Assembly (NCBI RefSeq): GCF_018350175.1
Contig: NC_058369.1
Span: 23,996,001 to 24,060,000 of the forward strand
DNA length: 64,000 nucleotides
Source: Felis catus
Taxonomy: Eukaryota
Direction: 5' to 3'
The translations under genes were made by a program, and so were the position numbers. How positions within the stretch are numbered: position 1 is the stretch's first letter; each line of letters begins with the position of its first letter. Below, piece after piece: positions 1 to 12,713 of the stretch. The notes beneath the pieces are model-generated. The model saw nothing but the letters and a program-made list of their open reading frames with translations. It had not been told where the DNA came from and did no database searches.

Positions 1-199
1 CAATGTCAATCCATGTCTTTACACATATGTGAAGAGAACTTACTGTGGACAAGTATTGTGCTAGATGCTATGCAGAAACAATAAGGGGTATGGCTTGCAA
101 ACTGTTCTGGTAAGGAAAACAAATGTATATGAAAAATTAAATCACAAAAGACAAATAATAGTCAATTAATGCCTCCATTGTTAAGACGGAGGATTAACA

Positions 200-410
200 A
201 TTATTAACAGTTATTACTTTGTTTGCTATGTGCATATGTGAGGTGTGAGTAAAGCATGTAGTTTCATTTAGTCCTCTCCAATTATCCTCTGAAAAGAAAG
301 TTATTATTATTCTTAAGTTGAATAAACTGAGTCTGAAATTTAAGCACATTGCCCAAAGTCACATAGCTTTTAAATGGGGAAACTAGAATTTGAATCCAAG
401 TCTGTGTGAT
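200..410 (-). mobile_element. MIR SINE fragment
   Basis: aaactgagtctg...gcccaaagtcacatagct...atttgaatccaag is the reverse complement of the MIR core. Confidence 0.7.
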
Positions 411-1639
411 GTGGTCATTTCATTAAAATGCTTGATTGTGGGATGGAACGAACATCCCTTTGGTCTGGGATGATAGTGGTAGGTTTCACAGAATGCAGAG
501 GTGGTTGTGTGGTGTGAAGGAAGGCTGTATTGGAGGGCTATGGAAGGAAAAAAGAAGATTTCAGATGGGAATAAGCATCTGAGGAAAAACTAAGAGGATT
601 CTTTTAAAATTATACCTATCTTGTGTATTTAGGAGTACCTATTTCCAACTGTATAACTTCCAGGGATGTTAGAGTACCACCAAGGAAAAAAACATAACCC
701 GATTAAGTGATTCCTAAGTAACAAACCAAAGCCTGGCACTTGTTTGTGCTGAAGTTCTCATACATTCACACACACACTCATTTGCACATGCATGTATAAG
801 CGCATATACGCTCACTCATGCACCCATGCACATAGGTGAGGACATGGGCAAATATTGTGGGGATAAGATTACCAACACCAATGCCAGGCAATGGCAGCCT
901 TTTATTCTGAAATTAGGTAATGTCCTTCCTCATTTGTGGTGTTAAAATGCCCTTTTATCAAATGATGGTGACAGAGTTAATATTTAAATAGCCTTATTTA
1001 ATTTAATAGCTTAAATAGGTAATCAAGCTTTATGTTGTTTTCAAAAATATTTTTTCACATTATTGGTCCATGACACTCAAAATCTAGAAAGCATTCATTT
1101 GATTGCTGAATATTATTATAATTAGGGTATGTTTGAGGAACATCTGGCCATTCCCTTTTACCCTGCATAGATGAGGGCTTGTCATTCCTTTTGAAAAGTA
1201 CTTGACCTTTCACTAAATATTACTGAGGTTTCCAAGCAGGGTGCCTTAGAAAGTCATGTTGAACCCCAATTGTTCTTACTAAGTGAACGTTTTCTTTGAT
1301 ATCTGTTACAGACATTGTATCCTTAGGATACATATAGAGAGTAATCTTTTATTTCACAAGTAGACCCTGCCATGCATGAGGTCCAGGTCCTTCTCAGGCC
1401 CTCAGTTAGCAGAAGAGGAAAGAAAAGCTAGGTTGATCAACATCGCCCTTAGGAATCTAAAGGGGGCCAAAGGGACTAGTATGACATATGAGATACCCCC
1501 TCTCCTTTCATTAGATTTTTAATGCAATATATATATATATATATGTATGGAGCCTGGGAAGGTTTAGGAACATGGTAGTTATTCCTCCAACTACTGGCTA
1601 AAGTGAATACAGATGAGGCTTGCTCCCCAGGGACCCAAA

Positions 1640-1850
1640 GATTTGAATTAGGACCTAAGGATGGAAGTCACAGGTAGGTAAAGCTGATGTCAATTCAATG
1701 ACAGAAAGACCTCTGGCTAAGTCACAGCTATCAAACAATAGCACAAGATGCCTCATTCCCATCTGTGAAAGTATCTGTGCAGACAACAGAGGACCATGTC
1801 AAGCAATTCCCAAAGAAAGAATTCTAACAAAAGATGAGTGGTATGACTAA
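1640..1850 (+). mobile_element. L3/CR1 LINE 3' fragment
   Basis: ggatggaagtcacagg...gctatcaaacaat...cccatctgtgaaagt...gaggacca resembles the L3 3' end; probably resumes near 2280 (cttccagcc). Confidence 0.45.
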
Positions 1851-1852
1851 AT

Positions 1853-2270
1853 GTGTGTTTTGGTTAGGTTTCTTTGGATTCCAAGCTACAGAAACTGATT
1901 CCAGCTAACTTAGCAAAGGGAGGGAGTATTTAGAAGGACACTTGGATAGGTCAAGGAAAAAAAAAGAGCTAACAAGTGAGTCTTAGGAAGGTCAATGAGA
2001 AAGAGCTGCAGTATCCTCATAGCAGGAAATTCCAAATCCATCTTAGAAGACATACCATTTATAGAATAACTCTGCTACAACCTCAGACTTCATGGAAAAA
2101 GAATATTTGACCTTCCTAGAAAGAAAATAGATTAGCCCAATGCAGTCAATCAGCTACAGCTGGGGCGGGGGGGGGGGGTCCCTATCACTGGGAACCAACC
2201 CTAAACAAACGTATTCACATCAGAAGAAAAGGGGATAGCTAGGGTTTGAGGGCCATTCTCATTGGCAATT
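1853..2270. mobile_element. Old MLT1-type (ERVL-MaLR) LTR fragment
   Basis: ggttaggtttctttggattccaagctacagaaactgattccagctaacttagcaaa resembles an old MLT1 terminus. Confidence 0.45.
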
Positions 2271-2304
2271 ACTTCAATAATCTTCCAGCCTAAAGGGTCT
2301 ATTT

Positions 2305-2488
2305 CAGTGGTGTGTTGGAACTGGCTGCCACTGGCTAGTGAGAGTCAGTTATGTGCATCTCTGTCCAATTCTATGGTCAGTCAGTACCCTGGCCATGGCA
2401 GGAGCATTTACATTATGGAAACTGGCAAATACTAGCAATCAGGGCTCTTCCCCCTCCCCTGTTGACCTGGTTTGCCAGCACACCATTG
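2305..2488. mobile_element. MER63-like hAT-Blackjack MITE
   Basis: TIRs cagtggtgtgttgg ... ccagcacaccattg; 8-bp TSD gtctattt (2297-2304) / gcctattt (2489-2496). Confidence 0.8.
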
Positions 2489-2699
2489 GCCTATTTCAAG
2501 ATTATTGAACAGTCTTGCCAAGACTGGTATCCACCCCAGAGACCATGCTACAGATCCCACAATAGAGAATATCTAGCTAACACTGCCCAGCATCTTTTCT
2601 GCGCCAAACACTAGACTACAGCATTACTAGCTAGTATAATGCTATAATTCTACAGCACTATAACACCATACTATACGCTACACTATTCTAACTCCTCTC

Positions 2700-2852
2700 T
2701 ATATATTAAGTCATTCAATCTGCACAGCCATCTAATGAAGCAGGTGCTATTATGTCCCCATTTACAGATAAGGAAATAGAGACAGAGGAGTGAAATCACT
2801 TGCTGGAGTTCACATGGCTAATTAATGGCAAAGTGGAGTTCTGAACCCAGTA
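2700..2852 (-). mobile_element. MIR SINE
   Basis: ccccatttacagataaggaaatagagacagag...cacttgctggagttcacatggcta...tgaacccag. Confidence 0.8.
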
Positions 2853-3329
2853 AGGCTATAATTTAATAAGTCTCAAAATAAAAATAGACAACGTGGTCGA
2901 ACTGTTGTTTAAGTAATGATACCACTGACACAGAAAAAAAAACAGACAACCCAATCACTTTGAACCCAGTGAGAGCTTGGTTTTATTCCAATAAAAGGAT
3001 CTCACTTTAGTCACAAAGCCGCTGTCAGTGAGAGCAACCCAGGACAGCTCACAACTAGTGCTTGGATGTTCATCCCTTTCAATTGTTGGAATGCCTGTGG
3101 ACTAAAGCCAAATCTAGGGCTGCTACAAGTCGAGAGATTCAGAGTGTATAGTGCCAGAATTCCCCAAGTGAGTGGCGGCAGCGTTTCAGGACTCAGTGGT
3201 CAGTGAACCACCATGATGCTGCAAGCACCATGAGAAAGGGGAGATAGGTCTGAACCTTCAACCCACCTCCCCCGCTGGTACTATTGGGTAAATAGAAAGG
3301 AGGGGACTCATAGAAAGACAGTCACCTGA

Positions 3330-3495
3330 TTTTAGATGTGTGCCTTGGACAAGTCACTTGACATCTTAGCTGTGGGGCCTGTAAAATGAAAATAATGTTA
3401 CCTACTTCCACAGTCACTGAGAGCTTCAAATGAGATGACCCACAGGAAAGCACCTCATAAACTGCAAAATCTCATGAAAATAGTAAGCATTACTA
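3330..3495 (+). mobile_element. MIR/MIR3 SINE
   Basis: tgtgtgccttggacaagtcactt...ctgtaaaatgaaaataat...aaatgagatga. Confidence 0.7.
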
Positions 3496-3884
3496 TGGGC
3501 AGTATCCCTACTCACACAGCTGTGGTCCCTGAAGCCCAAACAGCGATGGGTACAGCTTGATTCATCCCAAACAATATCTGTGATGGGACTCATTCTGAAC
3601 TGGCACTGCTTCTATCAGTTGAACCAAACTTCTTTAGCTAGCATAACATCCTCAGTTCAAATGGCTGGTGGGAGTTTCACCTGGGACAAATAATGTAAGT
3701 CCACGAAGGGAAAGTTACTATCTGGAGGAAATACAGTTTTTCTTTCCCAATGATTCCTTCAGAGAAGTGACCATAATCCATTGGCAGGAAAGACAAGGAC
3801 TCTTTCTAAACAGAATTGAAAAATTATCACTTTTTTAAATCCACTGAAGATTCAATGAATATTTGTTGAATGGATGAATGGGAT

Positions 3885-4080
3885 TCCAAGGATCTGGATT
3901 CAAATCCTAGTTCTCCACCACTAGCACCTGTGTGATTTGGGGGAAATTACCTCTGTAAATTTCGGTTTCTTTATTCATAAGATGAGGATAATAATACTCA
4001 CTTTCGTGGGGTACTATAGGAGATAAAACATGTAAACCATTGAGCACATCAAATAAGAATAAGCAGCTATTACTATTACA
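3885..4080 (+). mobile_element. MIR SINE
   Basis: ctggattcaaatcctagttct...ctgtgtgatttggg...agatgaggataataatac. Confidence 0.75.
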
Positions 4081-4734
4081 AATGCAAACTGTAGTTATTA
4101 TTGCCATTTTTATTCATTTAATTAATTTACTATTATTATTTAGCTACAAGATAAACATGTTCAAATCTCCAATTATCAAGGGAGGAATATGAGTATTCCC
4201 AGCTGCTAGGGACCAGAAAAGAAAACTGTATTTTTGTAAAAAGGAATGTTGAGTAACGATATTCTGTTTTCTGTGTTTGTATCCAGAGATTTAGTACATT
4301 CCTAGTGTTTACCATGGTATCATAATTCCACTTGCACACATGTGAGCAAATGTAAACTGGAGAGTAGAAATGAATTTTTCTAGTAAGTGCAAAAAGAAAA
4401 ACTGAATTAATAAAATTGACAGTGTATCCAAGACAACATTTCCACTCTGGATTCTGGCTTCCTTTTTTAAATCAGTTAGCAGAACTCTTTTGAATATCCA
4501 AACCCAGTATTTCAATGGATCTTCAGAGCCAAAAAGCTTTCTACAAAGGATTAAAGAAGCAGCAAAGTGTCATTAAGAATATAAATTTAATTCACTTGGA
4601 GGAAAAAAAAACACAACAACTGGGTGCCTGTGACAGTTGCTCGTTCTTACACAGAGAATTGTAAAACTCCACAAAATTATAAGGGGAAAAACATCAGTGA
4701 ACTGCTATAATCAAATAAATGAAAGACTCATCAA

Positions 4735-4740
4735 TTTATT
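4735..4740 (-). terminator. Candidate distal polyadenylation signal AATAAA
   Basis: tttatt on +; the minus strand continues into tgatgtttttccccttataattttgtgg (U/GU-rich). Confidence 0.45.
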
Positions 4741-5124
4741 TATAGTTTCTCTTTGAACTGCAAATAGACACAGGTGCCAAATGTCTTTCTTTGTTCTGTT
4801 AAATGAGTCTGAAATTCTGAGGCTTTTCTACCCTGAACAACTCAACATGAGCCATGACAATTCTTTGCTCAAATTGAATTTAGTTTCTAGCTTAAAAAAT
4901 ATATAAGGTATCTTATACAAGTTGCATAATATAGCAAATTAACTGTATTGTATTCCTAACTGATACCTGTTCTTTAAGTCATGCCTTAGTTTAAAAAGGG
5001 GAGAGTAGGGGAGACACAGCAATTGTCCTGTTTGGAAGACAAAAAAAAATCTATCTCCATTTTAAGACTTTTAAAAATTAATTACAAATAAAACGCTTGC
5101 AGTTCTAATGACTGGCTATTAATC

Positions 5125-5187
5125 TTTATTTTTTTTTTCCAACTTAACCGTTTCCTCAAAGATCCATCTGCACTTCATTTATTTATT
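5125..5187 (-). terminator. Cluster of candidate proximal polyadenylation signals
   Basis: AATAAA at 5130-5125 and overlapping AATAAATAAA at 5187-5178; U-rich gcgttttatttgt downstream. Confidence 0.4.
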
Positions 5188-6319
5188 TCCACATAAAGAC
5201 AGCTTATAATTCGCTTATCCCAAATTTGAAATACTGGTTTGTCTGTAAATATGGAAGCCTAGAAGCCCCGGTAATTGGTGCTTTTAGCTGCCCACTTAAT
5301 CTTGCTTAAATTACCAGCATTCACAATGAGGAATGACCAAGAGGCACAGGTTGAATAACCCATCAGGATGGCAAATGCAGGGTATGAGGTTAATAAAGAT
5401 TATTGTCAGGAATCTGAACATTATTCCAAATCACGGTAACCAATGACTCACAAATTAAGAGCACTTGCTAACTAGAAGCAAGGTGACGGCCAAGTGGGGT
5501 AGTTAAGGCATTATTGCTTCTGTAAACGCTAAACTCAAGTATAAAGTAGACATGTAATCTTCAACTCCCCGAACACCCCAATTTGGCCACTAAAGATGCT
5601 GTTTTACATTTCCAAACATTTTCCCCTGTCACTACTTTTTATACTTCAGTTCTCAGGTTGTAAGTATTTGTTACTTGCAAAGCAGCCCCCTTTGAACACT
5701 GAATCATGGGAGGCATTTGTAACTAACTGCCAATGCTGCCTGCCAAACAAAAACTCCCTGCTGGTGACATGACCACCTAGTGACCTCTAAAAATGTTGTA
5801 ACAATGTGAAAAATAGCTCCCTCTTGTAGGAAACAGCAATTTTTTAAATTAAACGTACATTGAACGTTCGCTTATATACAGATAAATGGTGTTCAGAGTC
5901 ACCTTCTCTGTTTCCAATTTCAATCTTTTGAAACCTAGCCCAAACCTAAATAAATAAACGTTGATACTAAGAAGAAACTAAGAGCTCAAGAGCCTTGTGA
6001 TTTTGCAAACAGCTTTTTTCCATTTTCGAAAATCTAAACTCTGGGCCAGACACAGAACAGGTAATGAAAAGGAACAGGCTTGGCAGTCCCTCTGTGGTTC
6101 TAAGCTGAAAAATACGTCAGGCAGAAATAAGTGGCTATAATTTGGCAGGCTTAATGTCTTTAAAAGTTTGCAGCTTGCTAGAGAAAAAAAATTTTTTTAA
6201 AACAGTTATAACATTTACAAATTGAAACACAATCACTAAGCTAAAAAGCCACCTTGACATAATTTCATTATCCCTAGACTTTTAAGCGTACTTTTATCAT
6301 CTTCAAGTACTTCTGCACC

Positions 6320-6383
6320 TACATAATAGGAGGTGCATACATAATAGTAGGTGTACATAATAGTAGGCTACATCATCGTAGGC
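6320..6383. repeat. Minisatellite, 4 copies of a 15-18 bp unit (tacataatagtagg)
   Basis: tacataataggaggtgca / tacataatagtaggtg / tacataatagtaggc / tacatcatcgtaggc. Confidence 0.85.
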
Positions 6384-7624
6384 ACTGATAACTATTAAAA
6401 CTGGGGGTACCAGGAGGCTTCTTGATGCTAACATGATCTTAGATGACTAATATTAGTGAACTTGGTTTATGCTGCTTGACATCTAAATATTCAAGGCTAG
6501 TCTCACTTTAAAAGGTGCAATGAAGCTTCCCCTACATGCCCAATGGGACACAAGAAATGGGAAATTGGACTTGACAGTAAGTATTTTTGATGCTGTGGAT
6601 CACTGTTTTTCCGGTTAGATTATCTTCCTAAAATTTCAAAATTAAAAGTCTCAAAGCACCAGAGGTATGACATGTCAAAGGCTGTTTCGCTTTCATGTGT
6701 CTGTTGTTCATCCTGACATCTCCTTCTGATGAATTATTTCCAAACACTGGCCCAAGCCATGAAAAATCAAATCACTTGAAAACAGAGTGGCAATAGCAAC
6801 TGTTTGTTTTCAACCCATTAAAATGCCTAGAAGATCACTCCTTTTAGAAAGGGTAGTCAGTCCTTGCCTCTTTGAATCTCTCACCTACCACAGCACTTCC
6901 CCCACCAAGGCAAAGAAAAGCACTTCAGTTTTCCTCCCACAAAGAGGGAGAAAGCAAAAGTAGCTACTTTTAACTCTGATTTAAAAAATAGTAAGATACA
7001 AAGAAGAAAGAAAAAAAATGCATACCCAAATCAATGTTAAAATATGCATCCACCTTTTCAACCTTTTTAAAATAAAACCCACTTTCTTAATACACAAACA
7101 CACCAAATTCAGTATGCTTTTGGTAAAAGTGCTCCACGTTGAACTAAAAACTACGCTGCTTGAAATTAAAGAGAATCCTGGCTATCAGAAAGGAACATCA
7201 AACGGTACCAGTGGATAGCCTGGCGAATTACTGCCATTTCCAGCTGAGCAGAGCTTCCCCTTACTCTGGGACACCTTTCCCAGCTTTAATGAGCAATTCT
7301 GTAACAGGTAAGTTCTGGAAGACTGACCTTCTACAAAAGAACACTATGATGTAACTGAGCATAAAGTAAATTTGGATTTTTAAAGAAATTCAAGGGGTAT
7401 CAGAGGGCCTGCCTTCTAGACTGACCTCTATCTCATGCTGTGTGGTGAGGAAGTTCATAGTGGCACCATAATTTGACCAGTGTTATATCCAAATTCATAC
7501 GATAATTATAACTATGTATATAAAATCATTATAATAAAGTTATATTTGGTAGATCTACATGAAATTTCTAGTGTGTAGGTAGGTTCAATCCACAAAAATG
7601 ACAATACAAGGTTCAATCTAATAA

Positions 7625-7765
7625 TACAGTGCCTTACTTTCTGCATATATGAAATGAGTCTAATAATAATATTCTCACAGGATTGATGTGAGAAATCAGG
7701 AAATGCCATCTACAAAGGGCTTAAGAGAATGCCTGACACATGGTAAGCATTCAATAAATGCATGT
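7625..7765 (+). mobile_element. MIR 3' half
   Basis: gccttactttctgcatatatgaaatg...gaatgcctgacacatggtaagcattcaataaatg. Confidence 0.75.
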
Positions 7766-10700
7766 AGTAGGAGGAAGAGGAATTATAAACCTGTAAATAT
7801 TGTTCATTTTGAATACTCCAATAGTTTAGGCAATTGATACTTACATAAACATTGGCTATTTATCAAATAACTTACAATTTAAGAAATGTAATCACAATTT
7901 TTAGTTAATATTAACTAAGTGTTCTCAGTCTCATATTTTTAAAAAGTCAGTTTTATTTTAGGCTTAGTTAATATACCTCTTGTAAAAGGCCATCCTATCA
8001 AATCAAGATAAATGTTATATCAACATACACACATTTATGTCTTTGAGTTCTTATATTTTGTATTCAAATAACAACAGGGACATTCTTATCACCTGGAGAG
8101 AATTACATTTGATCACTAGAGGTAGAGTGGCTAAAATATTAACTCTTTTCCAATCCTGTGGCGATCCAATATTTCCTAGCAATTCCCTGAGCTGTGCCAG
8201 GTGACTCTAGTAATTCACTGTTCTCCCCCCACCACCTCCAAAAAACACGGGTTGTTCTAAGTTCATGAAGAAGTGACAGCCCCACGTATATTAAGTTTTA
8301 TCTAAAAATCCTCCATTTGAAAAAGCCATATCATACTCAAGTATCCACTTCGGAAAGATTAAAGAACTTTTCCCAATCTATAGCCAAGGTAGTCTAGGAT
8401 TTCTAAAATGTGTTAAACCAAATCAAGTGAAATGGGTTCCGCAATTCCAAATTACCCACACCACAGCCACACTGCTCACCCCCAAGAAGGTCACAGAAAC
8501 CTCTGCCTGCTCCCTTTGTGTGCTTTTCCTAAAACTCCATCACCCTTGGACCCACTTCTTTGACTTTGGTATTGTGAATGTGAGGGGTGGACTAATGAGG
8601 GGTGGACTCCTGCCATCCTTCAAAGCCTCCTCACCCCACACCAGTGGCCCTAGATTCCCTTTAGGAATGTTTGGACTTTTAAGATATCTATCCCTATTTT
8701 ACAACTTTCTGAGGTAGGTTTCCTTGTCTGTTAGGACACTGCTAGCCTGCACACTGAGACCTGGCATTCAGACAAGGTGGGCCATGTCTGTAGCCAAAAG
8801 AAATCCAGCCATTTAATCTAAGAAATTGTGGACGTTGGATCTTTCCACTTGTCTTATTATACATTAAAAGCCAAACCAACTCAAACTATGTAACATTTTC
8901 CAAGAACGTTCAGTGGGTTTATGTCAGTGAAGGTGAATGGATCAAATATATTCTTCAGTGAGGTTCCTACCAACAAATAAGGCTTAAGCATATTAAAAGT
9001 GTCCATTTTGGAAATTCAAAGCACTTGGATTGCCAAGGTGAGGGCTAACCACCAAATCCCACCAGATAAGGTGGTGTTTCCTTTTTGTTTTTAGATTACA
9101 GACTCTAATTCTTAATATTTTTAGTTCTTTGCAATAAAATTTCAATTTGGGATAAAATTTTACTCCCTAACAATTAAGGCAAACCTCAAGAGCAACTTCT
9201 CTTTTGCAATGTTTCAGGCTCCCCCAGTTTACCTATCTATGGAATTCCCCCTTTTTTGCCCATCCAAAAGAGCATAAATTAAAACAAATTAGGAGCAGAA
9301 TTCTAAAGGAAACAATCCCCGAATTGGTGCATTGTTATGCCATTTCTTCTTGAAATTTTGAAAATTACAATCATATTACAATTTTTAGAAACAGCTCCCT
9401 AAATTTTTCATGAATAAAGACAATGACTACTTCACAGTTCACTTAAATCACTCAGGTCTTACTCTATCTTCTCAACATTTGCACAGGAAGAAGCGTTCTC
9501 TATTGTCTCCTCCCCCTCACTGGGAGACAGACCAGCTGGGACATTTTAAGTCTCTTTCATTAAAAAAAAAGAAGGTTAAGGTCAAAATAAGTATGATAAA
9601 CATGGTAGTTTCTATTCTCAATACTCAAGGACGGAAGACTAAACAACAAAAAAATGTAACATTAAAATTCACTACATGTATGATGAAGATTGTTTTTTCT
9701 TTCCTTGCAACATAATCATGGAGGAGAAAAAAGGGTTTTGGAAAACAGCAGATTTTACCTTTAGTAAATCTAGTCTTTTAAGACTCTACTAGTTAATTTT
9801 ACAGCTGCACATTCCTTTAATTTATATGTTTCCAATTATCTGCATGACTGACACTTTCAAGTTTTACAGTTGATTTTGAAGAGCAGTGCACTTAAACTTA
9901 CATGAAGAATATTTTTACACAAAAGAAAAAGAGTAACAAAATTATGCTTTACTTTAATGGCTTCATCTTTCTGCATTAGAAGTTTGAGCACTTTGGTTAA
10001 AAAAGAAGTTAATTCCGGCACTGTGACTTTTCATAATACATACCTTGTTATTGGGTTTAACCTTTTTACCTACTGAGCGTCAGGCCCCCTCCCTGACATG
10101 AGCCCCCTACCAAACAGTAGTCCAGTGTCAAGGTTATCACATGAAAACAGACTGTGGGTTCCAGTCTCATTCTTCTCTAATGGCTGAAAAAAGCAAATTC
10201 ACAGCCCCAATGGAATAGCATGTTGACATCTGAGAGCCTGCAGTATCATAGGTAAATTATGTGCCTCCCACTGTCCAAAGTCAAGGAGCAGATTGGATTC
10301 TTCAGAAACACATTCTGAAGCTGTTTTATCTTCCAATCACCTTCTTCCTTAAAGGTAATAGTCTACTGTCTGTAATGTAAGCAACTATCTCAATGTGGTT
10401 GTAAAAAATTGATTGGGGGCACTTTGAAGACCCCAACCTAGTGTTTTTAATAATAGTTACATGGATCAGCTCTTTGATATTTGCTGCACATAAGGACTGA
10501 AATATTATTTTACTATGGCTCAGAAACACTTGAAATAGACTGAGTGGCAAAACTTAGTTATTAAATCTAGTTGCTGCTCAATACATTATTAAAGTATTTT
10601 CATATATACAGTGGGGAGAAAAATAAATGAACTAGGATATACAATTAAGACATCCTTATTAAATACTCATTCATATAGAACCTGGCTTCCCACAGGGTGT

Positions 10701-11185
10701 CTCTACTGGTCTGCCCAGAGGTGGTTCAGTGCATGAGAATGTGCCATGTAAAAACAACTCTTAGATAAAATAGTCCAGAAATAACACTACAATTATTTGA
10801 CACATACAGTAAGCATATGGAGTCATTTAACTGAGGAATGAAATACAGCAAACAGTAGTGGTTCAGGGGTGTCTTGACTTGTTTCTGGAATAGGAAAGCC
10901 TGAAAGGTGTGATATAAACCTAGGAAATAAATAATGATGAGCCACAAACCTCCCTCCAAAAAGAGTAGATAGGCCCAGGGTAGATCAGGACATGCCAAAG
11001 AGGGACATGCCATGTGCTCATTGTGTGATCCAGAACCTCTGCCCATGTTCATGTAGACGCTTTTAAGAATTAGATGAGATAATGCACCGAAATTGATAAT
11101 GTAAATCAAAGAGGCTGTTGCCACATTTATTACTGTTGTTATTCTTATTCCAGCTATTTCTATCATCATTATTATTACAACAGCT

Positions 11186-11245
11186 CAGATGTCAGCAAAC
11201 TTTTTCTGTAAGGCGCCAGATAGTAAAGATTTTAGGCTTTATAGG
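11186..11245. mobile_element. MER58 (hAT-Charlie) terminal fragment
   Basis: gtcagcaaactttttctgtaaggcgccagatagtaaagattttaggcttt. Confidence 0.75.
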
Positions 11246-11364
11246 CAGGCTTGCCTGATTTAGCAAATAAAAACACAAGAGTTCAGTTAAATTTGAATTT
11301 GAGATAAACAGTGGATACTTTTATTTTTTTAGTATAAGTATATCACAAGAGATATTTGGGACAT
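11246..11364. mobile_element. MER53 (hAT MITE), half element
   Basis: caggcttgcctgatttagcaaataaaaacac...gttaaatttgaattt...tagtataagtat...atatttgggacat. Confidence 0.75.
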
Positions 11365-11731
11365 GCATCTCAGGGAAGGGGGTCAGTGGAAGAATTAACT
11401 ATCTCCCAGGGATGCTGATGAGATTTTAAAAAGTTTACATTAGTAGTAGGTGTCCATTTTACCTAGGTGGAGTATGGCTCAACTTAAGGAAGAGGCATCT
11501 AGCATTTATGGAATGCTGCCCATCTATCAAATTCTCCAACGGGGGGGAGAATGGCCATTTTGACAGAGACTGTGAAGAGAATTCCTGCTCTGGATAGGAG
11601 TTTGTACTCATGATGAAGATATGTGGGGTGTATCTGGCATTAAACACACCCAGATTCAGAGACAGAGTCTGCCTCCCATTAATTGGGTGACCCTGGGTTC
11701 CAGATCTGCCCTCTTTAAAGGAGGATGGCTT

Positions 11732-11888
11732 AGGGTGACCTGGGTGGTTCAGTCATTTAAGTGTCCAACTTTGGCTCAGGTCATGATTTCATGGTTCATG
11801 GGTTTGAGCCCTGCATCAGGCTCAGTGCTGACAGCTTTGGATTTTACTGCTTTGGATTCTGTCTCCCTCTCTCTCTGCCCCTCAGGCA

Positions 11889-11960
<72 letters not shown>

Positions 11961-11994
11961 TAAATAAATAAACATTAAATTTTTTTTTTTTAAA
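11732..11994 (+). mobile_element. Can-SINE (SINEC) inserted in a MIR
   Basis: tRNA-derived head, (CT)n(CA)n, A-tail; TSD taaaggaggatggctt (11716-11731) / taaaggaggatggttt (11995-12010). Confidence 0.95.
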
Positions 11995-12383
11995 TAAAGG
12001 AGGATGGTTTTACTGCCCTTGCATGGTTGTTGTGAAATTTAGAGAGGACAAATATCTAGTAGCAACCATAAGTGTCCTGGACATAGAAGATATTCAGCAA
12101 ATACAATAAATAAATATCTTCTGACTATAAGTTAGACATTTTCAAACATATAGAAAAGGAGAAGAGAAACACCCACAAACCCATTGCCAAGACTTAATAG
12201 ATATGCCATATTCTTCATCTTTTATTTTTAAAATATTTTGAAGTTGGACAACAACACATTTCATCCGTAACTAGGTCAGTATGTGTTTCTAAAATATAAG
12301 AACTTTCTCCTATATTCCTAATAAAGAATACTATTATCAATATTTAAAGCTCCCCTCTTTAAAAAATAAAATGTTGGATTTTC

Positions 12384-12713
12384 AGGGCATCTGGCTGAAA
12401 GCATGTGATTCTGGATCTTGGGACTGTGAGTTCAAGCCCCACATTAGGTATAAAGATTACTTAAAAAATATGGGGCGCCTGGGTGGCGCAGTCAGTTAAG
12501 CGTCCGACTTCAGCCAGGTCACGATCTCGTGGTCCGTGAGTTCGAGCCCCGCGTCGGGCTCTGGGCTGATGGCTCAGAGCCTGGAGCCTGTTTCCGATTC
12601 TGTGTCTCCCTCTCTCTCTGCCTCTCCCCCGTTCATGCTCTGTCTCTCTCTGTCCCAAAAAATAAATAAACGTTGAAAAAAATAAAGATTACTTAAAAAA
12701 TAAAATCTTTAAA
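12384..12713 (+). mobile_element. Old short carnivore SINE interrupted by a young SINEC_Fc
   Basis: agggcatctggctg...gagttcaagccccac...agattacttaaaaaataaaatcttt; TSD aaaatgttggatt at 12368-12380 / 12714-12726. Confidence 0.8.
12472..12681 (+). mobile_element. Young felid SINEC_Fc
   Basis: ggggcgcctgggtggcgcagtc... with CpGs intact; perfect 21-bp TSD ataaagattacttaaaaaata (12450-12470 / 12682-12702). Confidence 0.97.

Larger units (their letters stand above)
4715..10183 (-). other. Candidate long terminal exon / 3' UTR of an unidentified minus-strand gene
   Basis: Minus-strand acceptor gaatttgcttttttcag|CCATTAGAG at 10183; ~5.5 kb almost free of repeats; AATAAA at 5187-5178, 5130-5125 and 4740-4735 followed by U/GU-rich tracts. 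Confidence 0.5.

Noticed and set aside
2162..2177. Poly-G tract as a functional G-quadruplex
   Set aside because: Homopolymer inside an old LTR fragment with no supporting context
8581..8608. Direct repeat tgaggggtggact x2
   Set aside because: Ordinary 15-bp slippage duplication
8710..8730. let-7 miRNA gene (tgaggtaggtt)
   Set aside because: Only the first 8 nt match mature let-7 and I see no complementary hairpin arm; better read as a target site on the minus strand
10326..10360. Alternative acceptor at 10347 (tacctttaag|GAAGAAGG)
   Set aside because: Poor pyrimidine tract with upstream AGs; the acceptor at 10183 is stronger, though this one is not excluded
10726..11169. 147-aa hydrophobic ORF
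   Set aside because: Hydrophobicity reflects T-rich composition; no recognised homology
12472..12560. tRNA gene
   Set aside because: The A/B-box head is the tRNA-derived part of a Can-SINE and is followed by (CT)n, an A-tail and a TSD
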